Source: an uncultured Bacilli bacterium (lineage in GTDB: Bacteria > Bacillota_I > Bacilli_A > RF39 > UBA660). From it: 64,000 nucleotides of DNA. The notes under the pieces are model-generated. The model was given only the letters and a program-made list of their open reading frames with translations, was not told where the DNA came from and searched no databases. The stretch lies in contig CALVQK010000007.1 of assembly GCA_944358305.1 (NCBI GenBank), positions 8,165 to 72,164 on the forward strand. Direction: 5' to 3'. Positions 40,803-50,059 of the stretch are shown here, in pieces. Within the stretch, counting starts at the first letter, position 1. Each line of letters opens with the position of its first letter. The position numbers and the translations under genes are program-made.

Positions 40803-41285
40803 TTATTTTTTTAATCTTTTTGGAAGACTATTAATTGTATCTGTTAAAGCCTGTTCTAATATTGTTTTATCAAAGCCAAAGTCTTTATAACCTTCCATAC
40901 ATGTTGTTATATATTCTTCTGAAGGAAGATGATAGTCAAAGTCCTTATTCATTACATAGATTAAGGCTTTTTTATTTTTATCGCCTATTTTTATAGGTAT
41001 ATAGTACTTTGAATAAACGCTTGGATAGCCTTCATAATTATCTAAAGAGAAAATATCTAACATAGAAACTTCATATAAACCTAAAGGCACACTAGAATTC
41101 TTACACTTTTCTATCGTTAAATACGCAAAGCTATCTTCTCTTCCTTTATATACTAGTCTATATCCATTTAAATTAAGTGTACTAATAGGTCTAGAATTTG
41201 GGCATCTAAATGCCATTTGTTCTAAATTTAAATTACTTCCATAAGCTAAATAATATTTTTTTAACATACTACACCTACTTAACAA
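40803..41285 (-). CDS. Gamma-glutamylcyclotransferase (AIG2-like)
   Basis: YLAYGSNLN..QMAFRCP and LDNYEGYP motifs. Confidence 0.88.
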   Translation of the reverse strand: MLSRCSMLKKYYLAYGSNLNLEQMAFRCPNSRPISTLNLNGYRLVYKGREDSFAYLTIEKCKNSSVPLGLYEVSMLDIFSLDNYEGYPSVYSKYYIPIKIGDKNKKALIYVMNKDFDYHLPSEEYITTCMEGYKDFGFDKTILEQALTDTINSLPKRLKK

Positions 41286-42273
41286 ACTTTTTAGCTTTGA
41301 CAGCTGTCTTTATTCCATAATTGTTTTGAAAGTTTTTTAAATATTGTCTTAAAAAATATATTTTATCTAAATTATTATCAAATACTAAATCAACAAATTC
41401 TAAGACATTTTTTAAATTAACATTATTATACAGATATTTATTTTCAGAATATGGTAAGTATTCATGTTCTAATTTATAATCTAAGAACTCTTCATCCATT
41501 ACTTTATCTCTAGATGCTACTAACATTTTAGTAAAGGTATTTATATTATTTTGCCATATTACGGCATTAGTAGTGGCATTGGGACTTCTAAATTCTAAAG
41601 TATTATGTTCATATATTTGTCCTGGGTTTGAAAAACTTACATTACGGAAATTTAAAGCAGCATATCTTTCATATGTTGGTAAAGCCCAATTGATCTCTGA
41701 TAAAGTATAAGCTTCCTTAATACTTCGCATTACTCTATATAAGGAATCTGCGATTGGTGGGGCATATTTAGATAATCTTTTTCGGCCACTAATTTTATCT
41801 CCATATACAAATCTAAAAATTATGTTTTCATAAGCTGTATAGAGTTTTAAAAAACTCTTCCATGCCTCTATATCTTCTCCTAATACATGTACCCCTACAT
41901 GAATATGCCCACCGGCATTATGTAAGGTATCAGCTTTTCTTTTTGAAAGATGGTTACAAACTTTTTGTAATTCCTGCCAATACTTAATTTCATCTGTCAT
42001 AATAGGAGAAGTTATCTCTCCTCCTGAACTTAGGGATCCATCTCCAGCAGAGTACCATCCTTTTAAATTTTTATCTACAAATCTATTAGTTATAAGTCTT
42101 AGAGCTTTTTCATACTCTATTTCAACACCAAATGTTATATCATCTGGTAAATTTAGTTTATCTCTATACTCTAATAAATAATTTTCAGTTTCAACTAATA
42201 AATCTTGTAAATCTATACCTCTTAAAAGAGAAAATTCATCATTTCTTTTCTCGTTTATAAATGTGCTATTCAT
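41275..42273 (-). CDS. Putative amidoligase (COOH-NH2 ligase, Amidoligase_2-like)
   Basis: TFGVEIE, DGSL, EITSPI, AGGHIHVG, RYAALN and TLEFR motifs. Confidence 0.85.
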   Translation of the reverse strand: MNSTFINEKRNDEFSLLRGIDLQDLLVETENYLLEYRDKLNLPDDITFGVEIEYEKALRLITNRFVDKNLKGWYSAGDGSLSSGGEITSPIMTDEIKYWQELQKVCNHLSKRKADTLHNAGGHIHVGVHVLGEDIEAWKSFLKLYTAYENIIFRFVYGDKISGRKRLSKYAPPIADSLYRVMRSIKEAYTLSEINWALPTYERYAALNFRNVSFSNPGQIYEHNTLEFRSPNATTNAVIWQNNINTFTKMLVASRDKVMDEEFLDYKLEHEYLPYSENKYLYNNVNLKNVLEFVDLVFDNNLDKIYFLRQYLKNFQNNYGIKTAVKAKKFVK

Positions 42274-42285
42274 ATAATCATCCCC

Positions 42286-43149
42286 TTATAATTTTCTTAA
42301 TCTATAGGAATGTCCTTCTCTTGTTTCAAAATTATTTGACTCACCGTTTATCATTGCTAAATTTTCTTGTTTTACTTTAAGAATCTTTTTCATAGTTTCT
42401 AATTCTTCTTTAGTTATAGGTCTAAATAAAGGTACATATTCTTCTAATTTATCTCTTATATATGTTTTGATAAATAAATTACCTATACTTTTAAAGTTAT
42501 TACCCCAACATAATGATAAAACAATATAGTATATAGAATTCCAAATATTTTCACCTGATGTTTCTAATCTTGTAATAGTTTCATCTAAAGATTCATAATG
42601 ATTTACAACAATTGTTGCATCTTTGTCATAAATACTATCTTCAGGATTTAAAGTATTTTTCTTTATAGTCTTTATATTTGTTATAACTAAAGCTTGATCT
42701 ATTTCTTCTTTTGACATAGACATAATTTTTTCTGTATCAGATAAATCTAATTCATCATTTAATCTATATGAAGTAACTGTTCTTTCATATAGACCTTTAT
42801 CATTTTTAATCCAACCTGTTGAATATTCAATTAGCTCATCTTCATAACTAAAATCATAAGAGATATGTTCAATATGGATACCAGAAGAAGTATCTATCAT
42901 TTCAATTTCAGCTGGTTCTTCGATTTCATCTATACGAAATGGAGCATCTCCAGAAGCTGTTTTTGCCCAGCCAATAATTATAGTAGCGGCAATAAAAGGA
43001 AGAGCATAATCTAAAGCTATACCACTTTTTAATAGTGATTTAACTAGTAAATTACGGATATTATAAAATTTTCTATATTGTATTTTATTTTGTAATTTAT
43101 TGGCGTCTTTGGTAAGTTTACTTACTAATTCATTGTTATTCATTAACAT
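42286..43149 (-). CDS. Hypothetical membrane protein (paralog of the upstream gene)
   Basis: Coiled coil, YNIRNL, ALPFI, PFRIDEI, YSTGW and a second hydrophobic segment. Confidence 0.7.
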   Translation of the reverse strand: MLMNNNELVSKLTKDANKLQNKIQYRKFYNIRNLLVKSLLKSGIALDYALPFIAATIIIGWAKTASGDAPFRIDEIEEPAEIEMIDTSSGIHIEHISYDFSYEDELIEYSTGWIKNDKGLYERTVTSYRLNDELDLSDTEKIMSMSKEEIDQALVITNIKTIKKNTLNPEDSIYDKDATIVVNHYESLDETITRLETSGENIWNSIYYIVLSLCWGNNFKSIGNLFIKTYIRDKLEEYVPLFRPITKEELETMKKILKVKQENLAMINGESNNFETREGHSYRLRKL

Positions 43150-44020
43150 TACCCCCTTTTTTTCTTAAAAGGGATAATATTTTTTCATTTGTTTCTTCTA
43201 ATTCTTGTTTAAGTGGTTCTATTGCGTAAATTTTATAAGCATAGTATTCATTAGTTTGTCTTAACTCATAACGAAAATCAAAATCTCTAAAATGGGCAAT
43301 TGCTCCACCAATTCCTAAACTTAGAACTAGTTCAATAATAGTTATTACTATATTTTTTAAAGCTGTTTCATCATATTTTAAAACATCTTCTTTATTAAAC
43401 ATGTGAAGACTAGCTTCCATAAAGTAACCGTTTTTCTCTTCAGGATTAATTTCATTTACTATTTGTTTTTCTTCTTGATAATCTTTTAAGTTTAGAGAAA
43501 TATAATTATAATCTTCATCTAAAACAGCATTATATAAATCTAAGGTTGTTGTATCTTCAAGATTATATTCTCTTTTATATCTTATATATTGTTCATCTTG
43601 TTCTTCCCATGGTGTATAGATGACTAAACTATTATCTGGTAGTAATTCATCAAATAGTTGGTCTGTTCTATATTCTTCATCCATAGTTATATTGCCTTCT
43701 GTTTGAAAGTCTAAATTATAAACTTTATATTTAGTTATTTCATCAGAATGAAAAGGAAAACCGCCGCCAAATAATTTAAATAAACCAATAGTAATTCCCG
43801 TTGATATGACAAAAGGTGCTGCAAAATTACAGGCATTAGCAAAAACTTTTAAATTTCTTATATTAAATTGTTTAAAGTTCTCTTTTTTTTGCTCGGATAT
43901 TTTATTTTCTAGCTCTAAAACTTTTAATTTTAACTCTTCTAGTTCCTTAATTTTTGTTTTACGAATTTCTTCTCTTTTTTGTGCAAGTATTTTTTGTTTT
44001 CTTGTTTTTCTATTACTCAT
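43136..44020 (-). CDS. Hypothetical two-TM membrane protein (first gene after switch 3)
   Basis: Coiled coil, FNIRNL, AAPFV, PFHSDEI and YTPW; AGGGGG RBS before the ATG at 44020. Confidence 0.7.
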   Translation of the reverse strand: MSNRKTRKQKILAQKREEIRKTKIKELEELKLKVLELENKISEQKKENFKQFNIRNLKVFANACNFAAPFVISTGITIGLFKLFGGGFPFHSDEITKYKVYNLDFQTEGNITMDEEYRTDQLFDELLPDNSLVIYTPWEEQDEQYIRYKREYNLEDTTTLDLYNAVLDEDYNYISLNLKDYQEEKQIVNEINPEEKNGYFMEASLHMFNKEDVLKYDETALKNIVITIIELVLSLGIGGAIAHFRDFDFRYELRQTNEYYAYKIYAIEPLKQELEETNEKILSLLRKKGGNVNE

Positions 44021-44039
44021 TTCTAATCCCCCTATTATT

Positions 44040-44238
44040 CTCAAAGTACATTACTTTAGGATTTCCCCCTTTGAATGCCCTATATATTACTATATTTTTC
44101 GTGCAAAGTCAAGTTTAAAGTTTACTTTTAGTTTAATTTCTTCAGAATGCCTTTTAATATAAAGATGTGGTCAAGAGGCATAAATAACATGAAAGTACCC
44201 ATACTTTTTTCCCTTTTCTAAAAGTAATGTACTTTAGG
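44040..44238. promoter_or_regulatory. Putative invertible promoter, switch 3 (ON as assembled)
   Basis: Left site CTCAAAGT-ACATT-ACTTTAGG, right site CTAAAAGT-AATGT-ACTTTAGG; minus-strand TTGACT-17-TAATAT (44112-44084) points into the operon. Confidence 0.8.
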
Positions 44239-44249
44239 ATATAAAAAAA

Positions 44250-44285
44250 TAACCATTGATGGAATTAATGCCATCAATGGTTTTA
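44250..44285 (-). terminator. Terminator of the recombinase gene
   Basis: AACCATTGATGG-loop-CCATCAATGGTT hairpin followed by a T-run on the minus strand. Confidence 0.75.
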
Positions 44286-45368
44286 TTAATATAAAGGTTT
44301 TAATTGATTCATCATTATGACTTTATTTTCATAATTAGGATGAACATATCTTTCTAATGTAATTTTCACACTAGAATGTCCTAATATTTCACTAAGTGTT
44401 TTAGAATCACAGCCATTTTCTATACATCTAGTGGCAAAAGTATGTCTTAAAGCATGAAAATTATAAAACGCTAAATCTAATTTTTTCATAGTTTTTTTAT
44501 ATTTATTAAAATAAGTTCTTGTTTCTATAAATTTTTCTGTACCAGTTATTAGAAAGATATTAGGCGTTATATTAACGTTTAATTTTTCTATTAATGGAAT
44601 TAGGAAATCAGGTATTGGTATTTCTCTAATTGAAGCAGAAGATTTAGGTTCATCAATAATAATAATTGTTTTCTTTTTAGAAGTTTCATCCGGATTTTTT
44701 ATTCTAATTATAGTTTGTCTAACATATATTTTTTTATTTTGTAAATCAATATTTTTCCATTGAAGAGCACATAACTCTCCTATTCTTAGGCCTGTATAAA
44801 GACAAAAATAAATGCCAAAAGACATTGTATTTAAATTACTTAATAATTCTCCTTCTAACTTTATTTGCTCATCTTTCTTTAATATTTGTATTTCACTTTT
44901 AGGTATTTTAGGCATTGGAATCTTTAAATTAATATTTCCAGTTTTTAAAATTTGTTGAAGAATTATTAGTATATCTTTAACACTTTTCGCTGCTAAACCT
45001 TCATTAAGTAAATCCGAAGTAAATTTATTTATAAGTTCTATTGATATTGCTTTTTTCTTAACTTTGGCAAAGTTAGGAATTATTCTTGATTTAAGAATAT
45101 ATTGATAGTTTGAATATGTTGACTTTTTATTTTTTATTTTAGAGTTATGCATCCAAGAGTTAATATCATAACCAATATAACTCTTATCAAATATTAATAA
45201 GTCATTATTTTTAAATAAATATTCAATTTTATTTTTATAATTTTTAACTACTTCTTCTTTACTGTTGCCATAAACAGATTTATAATTGGCCGAGCCATCT
45301 TCTTTATAGCCATAATGATACCTTATTTCAAACCTTCCATCTTTTCTTAAATAGATATTTTCTTTCAT
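44286..45368 (-). CDS. Tyrosine recombinase/integrase with N-terminal arm-binding-like domain
   Basis: Intact catalytic set TGLRIGEL, PKS, HALRHTFAT, LGHSS, RYVH; N-terminal NIYLRKDGRFE..YKSVYG. Confidence 0.93.
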   Translation of the reverse strand: MKENIYLRKDGRFEIRYHYGYKEDGSANYKSVYGNSKEEVVKNYKNKIEYLFKNNDLLIFDKSYIGYDINSWMHNSKIKNKKSTYSNYQYILKSRIIPNFAKVKKKAISIELINKFTSDLLNEGLAAKSVKDILIILQQILKTGNINLKIPMPKIPKSEIQILKKDEQIKLEGELLSNLNTMSFGIYFCLYTGLRIGELCALQWKNIDLQNKKIYVRQTIIRIKNPDETSKKKTIIIIDEPKSSASIREIPIPDFLIPLIEKLNVNITPNIFLITGTEKFIETRTYFNKYKKTMKKLDLAFYNFHALRHTFATRCIENGCDSKTLSEILGHSSVKITLERYVHPNYENKVIMMNQLKPLY

Positions 45369-45472
45369 ATAAATTCTCCTTTCACCTATATAATACATTT
45401 ACTTAAATAATGTTAAAGTGAAAAGAAATTATAGATTATAAAAAAGCCATCTAAGATGACTTTTAAATATAT

Positions 45473-46762
45473 TTATTTATTTTTAGGAGTAATTACTTCT
45501 AAACCTCCCATATATGGTCTTAATGCTTCTGGTACTGTTACACTTCCGTCTTCATTATAGTTATTTTCAATTACAGCAATTAGGCCACGTGGTGATGCTA
45601 CTACAGTGTTGTTTAGTGTATGAACAAAGTATGTACCATTTTCTCCCTTAGTTCTAATTCCTAAACGTCTTGCTTGAGCATCTCCTAAAGTTGAACAACT
45701 ACCTACTTCAAAGTATTTTTGTTGTCTTGGACTCCAAGCTTCAACATCACATGATTTTACTTTTAGATCGGCAAGATCACCACTACAACATTCTAATTGT
45801 CTAACAGGGACATTCATATTTCTAAATACTTCAACAGTGTAACGCCACATCTTTTCATACCAGTCCATAGAGTCTTCTGGTTTACAGATAACAATCATTT
45901 CTTCTTTTTCAAATTGATGAACGCGATAAAGTCCTCTTTCTTCTAGGCCATGAGAACCTCCTTCTTTTCTAAAACATGGTGAATATGAAGTTAGTGTTAA
46001 AGGTAAGTCTTCTTCTTTAATAATTTGTCCTTTATATCTACCTATCATAGAATGTTCACTAGTACCAATTAGATATAAATCTTCTCCTTCTATTTTATAC
46101 ATCATCGCTTCCATTTCAGGGAAAGACATAACTCCTGTTACAACATCACTATGAATCATAAAAGGTGGAACACAATAAGTAAAGCCTTTATCTATCATAT
46201 AATCTCTGGCATAGGCAATCATTGCTTCATGAAGTCTTGCAATATCACCTGTTAAAAAGTAAAATCCTTCACCAGATGTTCTTCCTGCAGATTCTTTATC
46301 CATACCATTAAGTCTTGTTATAATATCAGCATGATATGGTATTTCAAACTCAGGTTTATAGGCATCTCCAAAACGTTCTACTTCTACATTTTCACTATCA
46401 TCTTTACCTATAGGAACACTCTCATCCATAATATTAGGAATTACCATCATTTTACTTCTTAACTCATCATTAAGAGCTTTCTCATCATTTTCAATAGTTA
46501 CCAATTTTTCATTGATCTTTTTTACTTCTTCTTTCTTTTTATTAGCTTCATCTATCTTTTTATCTTTCATTAAAAGACCAATAGAACTACTCTCTTCATT
46601 ACGTTTTTTACGTAATTCATCGCCTTCTTGTTTTAAATTTCTGATCTTTTCATCTAGTTCTACTACTTCATCTACTAGAGGTAGTTTTTCATCTTGAAAT
46701 TTCTTTTTAATATTTTCTTTAACTAATTCCTTATTTTCTCTTACAAATTTAATATCTAACAT
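45473..46762 (-). CDS. serS: Seryl-tRNA synthetase
   Basis: MLDIKFVREN, LIGTSEH, PCFRKE, RVHQFEK and HTLNNT motifs. Confidence 0.96.
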   Translation of the reverse strand: MLDIKFVRENKELVKENIKKKFQDEKLPLVDEVVELDEKIRNLKQEGDELRKKRNEESSSIGLLMKDKKIDEANKKKEEVKKINEKLVTIENDEKALNDELRSKMMVIPNIMDESVPIGKDDSENVEVERFGDAYKPEFEIPYHADIITRLNGMDKESAGRTSGEGFYFLTGDIARLHEAMIAYARDYMIDKGFTYCVPPFMIHSDVVTGVMSFPEMEAMMYKIEGEDLYLIGTSEHSMIGRYKGQIIKEEDLPLTLTSYSPCFRKEGGSHGLEERGLYRVHQFEKEEMIVICKPEDSMDWYEKMWRYTVEVFRNMNVPVRQLECCSGDLADLKVKSCDVEAWSPRQQKYFEVGSCSTLGDAQARRLGIRTKGENGTYFVHTLNNTVVASPRGLIAVIENNYNEDGSVTVPEALRPYMGGLEVITPKNK

Positions 46763-46787
46763 AATTCCTCCCTTTCTAGCCGATAAA

Positions 46788-46985
46788 ACAAAAAAAGAAT
46801 GGCTTTTAAGGAGCTTTACAATAAAGTAAAGCGGTGCCATCCTTATTATACTTAATTTAGATAACGGTAATGCCCGGATATAAAATCATCTAAAGAGGAG
46901 ATAGTTAAGATTTTATTACTGTTCTCACCAACCACAGTATCTCTTAAATAAAATTTCTTAACATTGTCTCTTGTCATCGACTTGA
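46788..46985 (-). promoter_or_regulatory. T-box riboswitch leader of serS
   Basis: AGAGA..GGTTGGTGAGAAC stem I, CCGTTATC, T-box AAGGATGGCACCGC; specifier region contains TCT/TCC (Ser). Confidence 0.85.
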
Positions 46986-47025
46986 TTTTATTATAAGCAT
47001 TATTTTTATTTTTTACAAGTATTTT

Positions 47026-47286
47026 TTACTTTGTTTCGATTATTAATTTGATTGCTGTTCTTTCTTCTCCATCAATTGCTATATCAGTGAAAGCTGGGAT
47101 GCATACAATATTTTTACCTGCTGGGGCAAGAAAACCTCTTGCTATTGCTACGGCTTTAATTGCTTGATTTAAAGCCCCTGCTCCTACTGCTTGTATTTCT
47201 ACACTGCCACTTGCTCTAAAAACATTGGCTAATGCCCCTGCTACTGAGTTAGGGTTTGATTTTGATGAAACTTTTAGTGTTTCCAT
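47026..47286 (-). CDS. spoVS: Stage V sporulation protein S
   Basis: METLKVSSKSNPNSVAGALA..GAGALNQAIKAVAIARG. Confidence 0.95.
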   Translation of the reverse strand: METLKVSSKSNPNSVAGALANVFRASGSVEIQAVGAGALNQAIKAVAIARGFLAPAGKNIVCIPAFTDIAIDGEERTAIKLIIETK

Positions 47287-47366
47287 AATTTTATCATCCT
47301 TTCTTGTTCTAACTTATTGTATGAGCAAGTCTTAAAAGAAAGAACAAAAAAAGAGTAAAATTACTC

Positions 47367-48380
47367 TTAGAATAAACTTTCTACTTCTACTTCTTTTTTA
47401 GGCCCAACATTTGGCACAATTGTTTCTTTTTCTACTTTAGGCTCTTCAGAAGAAACAGTTGGGATAACTGGTTCTGCTGCTGGGTTATTTTCAACTGTAG
47501 GAGTAACTATATTTTCAACTTCAGGAGTCTTTGGTGTTTCTACAGTCGGTGTGATAGTAGGAATTGCTGAAGTTTCTTCTTCTACATGTCTATTAGCAAT
47601 TGGAATACTTTGAGTATTCTCTAATGGATTAGCTCCACCATATATAGGACGATGTTGTTCTCCTGCTACTTCAATCTTAGGAATTACAGGACTAACTCCA
47701 CCATAAATTGGTTTAGATTCTTCCTCTACTACTTTAGGTTCTTCATTTACGATTGTAATAGCAGGAGAATCTGCTACCTCTGTTGGAGTACTATTATCAA
47801 CAACATTAACAGGATTATCAGTAGGAACATTTATATTCTCTACCTTTGGCTCTTCACTTACTATTTGTACAGGTTCTACAGCAGCAACAGCTGAATCTGC
47901 TACAGGTGTTACATTAACTACTGGGGCAACGCTTTCTACAGGTTGAACCTCAGGCATAGCAGGTATATCAGTAGGGATATTAGCTGGCTCTATAGGATTA
48001 ACAGGTGTTGTTTCTACAACAGCTTCACTTGGTTCTACTACTTGTGTAGTAGGAGTACTCTCTACAACAGGAGCTTCTACGCTTTGAACTTCAGGTGCTA
48101 CTGAAATTGCCTCATTTGCAACAACAGCTGGATTAGGATCCATATTATTAACAGGTGCTGCAACCTCAGGGGTTGTATTTACAGCATTAACACTATTTTC
48201 AACTGTAGGAGTCTCACTTACTATAGGCTCAACGCTCTCTTCCTTTTTATTTTTCTTTCCTTTTTTACTTCCTGTTGCAATAAAGATAATTAGTGCAATT
48301 AAAAGTAATAAAACGCCTCCAGTAATTAACATTCCTGGAATTGTTGTGAAAAAACTTAAATTAAAATCGGCTAGTATCAT
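47367..48380 (-). CDS. Membrane-anchored low-complexity Pro/Val/Glu/Thr-rich protein
   Basis: Single N-terminal TM helix, then a disordered tail with a twice-repeated PIYGG motif. Confidence 0.7.
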   Translation of the reverse strand: MILADFNLSFFTTIPGMLITGGVLLLLIALIIFIATGSKKGKKNKKEESVEPIVSETPTVENSVNAVNTTPEVAAPVNNMDPNPAVVANEAISVAPEVQSVEAPVVESTPTTQVVEPSEAVVETTPVNPIEPANIPTDIPAMPEVQPVESVAPVVNVTPVADSAVAAVEPVQIVSEEPKVENINVPTDNPVNVVDNSTPTEVADSPAITIVNEEPKVVEEESKPIYGGVSPVIPKIEVAGEQHRPIYGGANPLENTQSIPIANRHVEEETSAIPTITPTVETPKTPEVENIVTPTVENNPAAEPVIPTVSSEEPKVEKETIVPNVGPKKEVEVESLF

Positions 48381-48488
48381 ATAACTTCCATCTCCCTTAT
48401 CTTATACTACTTAAATCATAGCAAAAAAAGGGGTAAAAAGCAAATCTTTTTTACAACGTTAGACAAATGTTGTAAAAATGCCTTGATT

Positions 48489-49067
48489 CTATGCGGTTAA
48501 AACATTTGTTTTTTCGTGTAAAGTTTCTCTTTCTGGAATTTCTCCTACTAAATAATCTCTATTACAAAAGTCTAAAAATTTACGAATTTCTTTTTCTTTT
48601 AAAAATATACTCATACCATTGTATAAAGGATGAAATGCCAATAATTCACTATCAAATAAATCTTGATCTAAAACGACATTTACTTTTTTATCTTGATCAA
48701 ATATTAAGTTAAAAATTGACACATTTCCTGGGGTTGTTTGTAATAAATCTTGCATTTTTTCGCTACTTGCAAACTCTAATTTACTAGTTCCTAATCTTTC
48801 TTTTAATTCTTTTAAATCAACTTGTTTTTCCATTGGAACTATTACTAAGAAGGTTCTCTTCTCTCCTTTTCTTTCTTTTAAAAATAAGTTTTTACAGATA
48901 CAATAGTCATCACCAATAAAATATTTATAGCGATCATAGTAATTAGCAGACTCATCGCATCCTAATACTTCTTTATGTTTAATACAATAATCATAGTGAA
49001 TATCGTGTTCTTCTAAATATTCACAAAAAGATCTTCCTACAATAATTTTTCTTTTTCTCTCATCCAT
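48489..49067 (-). CDS. YbaK/ProX family aminoacyl-tRNA deacylase-like protein
   Basis: CKNLFLK, PGNVSIFNL and FHPLYN motifs. Confidence 0.82.
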   Translation of the reverse strand: MDERKRKIIVGRSFCEYLEEHDIHYDYCIKHKEVLGCDESANYYDRYKYFIGDDYCICKNLFLKERKGEKRTFLVIVPMEKQVDLKELKERLGTSKLEFASSEKMQDLLQTTPGNVSIFNLIFDQDKKVNVVLDQDLFDSELLAFHPLYNGMSIFLKEKEIRKFLDFCNRDYLVGEIPERETLHEKTNVLTA

Positions 49068-49097
49068 AATAAATCAATACCTTTCTTTCTTAGAATA

Positions 49098-49375
49098 ATA
49101 AAAGACTAGTTACATTCCCCAAAACTTTGGGACGAAACTAGTCTTTAACCTTCCGCGGTACCACCCAATTTATCATAGATATTATGATCACTTTTATAGG
49201 TTCCATCAAACCCTGTACTTGATAACGGCATACTTCCCGGCTTAGTCTACTTGAATAAATTCTTTCGGTAAGCAACTCTGAAGTGTTCTTTCTATAAACT
49301 TTATTTCTCTAGCTCCCACCATCCTAGATTCGCTTTAAATAAATGTTTATATACTTTTCTTCTTCACTGTTTTTA
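49098..49375 (-). promoter_or_regulatory. T-box riboswitch leader of the YbaK/ProX gene
   Basis: AATTGGGTGGTACCGCGG T-box, TTTCGTCCC antiterminator arm, terminator AAAGACTAGT..ACTAGTCTTTT, AGCGA..GGATGGTGGGAG stem I, CCGTTATC. Confidence 0.9.
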
Positions 49376-49452
49376 TCATAATATTTTATATTTCATTATA
49401 TGCACTTCTTTTTAAGAAGATACTAGGATGTTATCACTAAATTATTAATTTG

Positions 49453-50046
49453 TCAATGTTTATTAGATTTTTTTATTAACAGATATTTATCATATACATC
49501 ATACCAACTATAAGCTCTATAGATGTTTCTTCCTTTACAAGATATATTATGTTCAGCATGAAAGCAAATAACTGGAAGTGATTTAGCAATAGCATTTATA
49601 TTTTCTTTTTTATCATCAATCATTATATCAATATTATTCTCAAGACAAGTTTTTAATTTGTCAGCTGATTTTAATATCAATTTATCATAAACAATATCAT
49701 TTTTCTTTAACCAAAGTTTTACAATGTCTTCCATATCATTGTTAGGATTAGCATAGCTTTCAGAACATCTAGCAGTAATTATATAAATTTTATTGCCTTC
49801 AGATTTTAGTTTCTTAATAATTTCTTTAGCAAAGGGTCTTGCCTTTTCTTTTGTAGCATAATCATGAACAAGAGCAAGCCAACACTCTTTATCATCTTCT
49901 TTACTTACATTATACATATCTTCTAATGACCAAGCTACTTTAATATCTATTTTTTTATATTTTTCATAAAAGTATTTACTACCATAATCTAAGATATATC
50001 TTGTTATATCAGTAAGTACGCCATCTATATCTATTCCTATATTCAT
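49453..50046 (-). CDS. HAD family 5'(3')-nucleotidase-like protein
   Basis: IGIDIDGVL, IITAR and MIDD motifs. Confidence 0.85.
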   Translation of the reverse strand: MNIGIDIDGVLTDITRYILDYGSKYFYEKYKKIDIKVAWSLEDMYNVSKEDDKECWLALVHDYATKEKARPFAKEIIKKLKSEGNKIYIITARCSESYANPNNDMEDIVKLWLKKNDIVYDKLILKSADKLKTCLENNIDIMIDDKKENINAIAKSLPVICFHAEHNISCKGRNIYRAYSWYDVYDKYLLIKKSNKH

Positions 50047-50059
50047 GTTACCACAGTCC

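Noticed and set aside
40702-40890. 62-aa plus-strand ORF starting inside switch 2
   Set aside because: Its TTG start is the -35 box itself, it has no RBS, and it runs antisense into the GGCT gene.
38751-45368. Prophage, ICE or integron interpretation of the integrase locus
   Set aside because: No structural, replication, conjugation or excisionase genes, and no flanking direct att repeat seen. Matching cores are inverted and enclose promoters rather than genes, and no attC-like structure was found.
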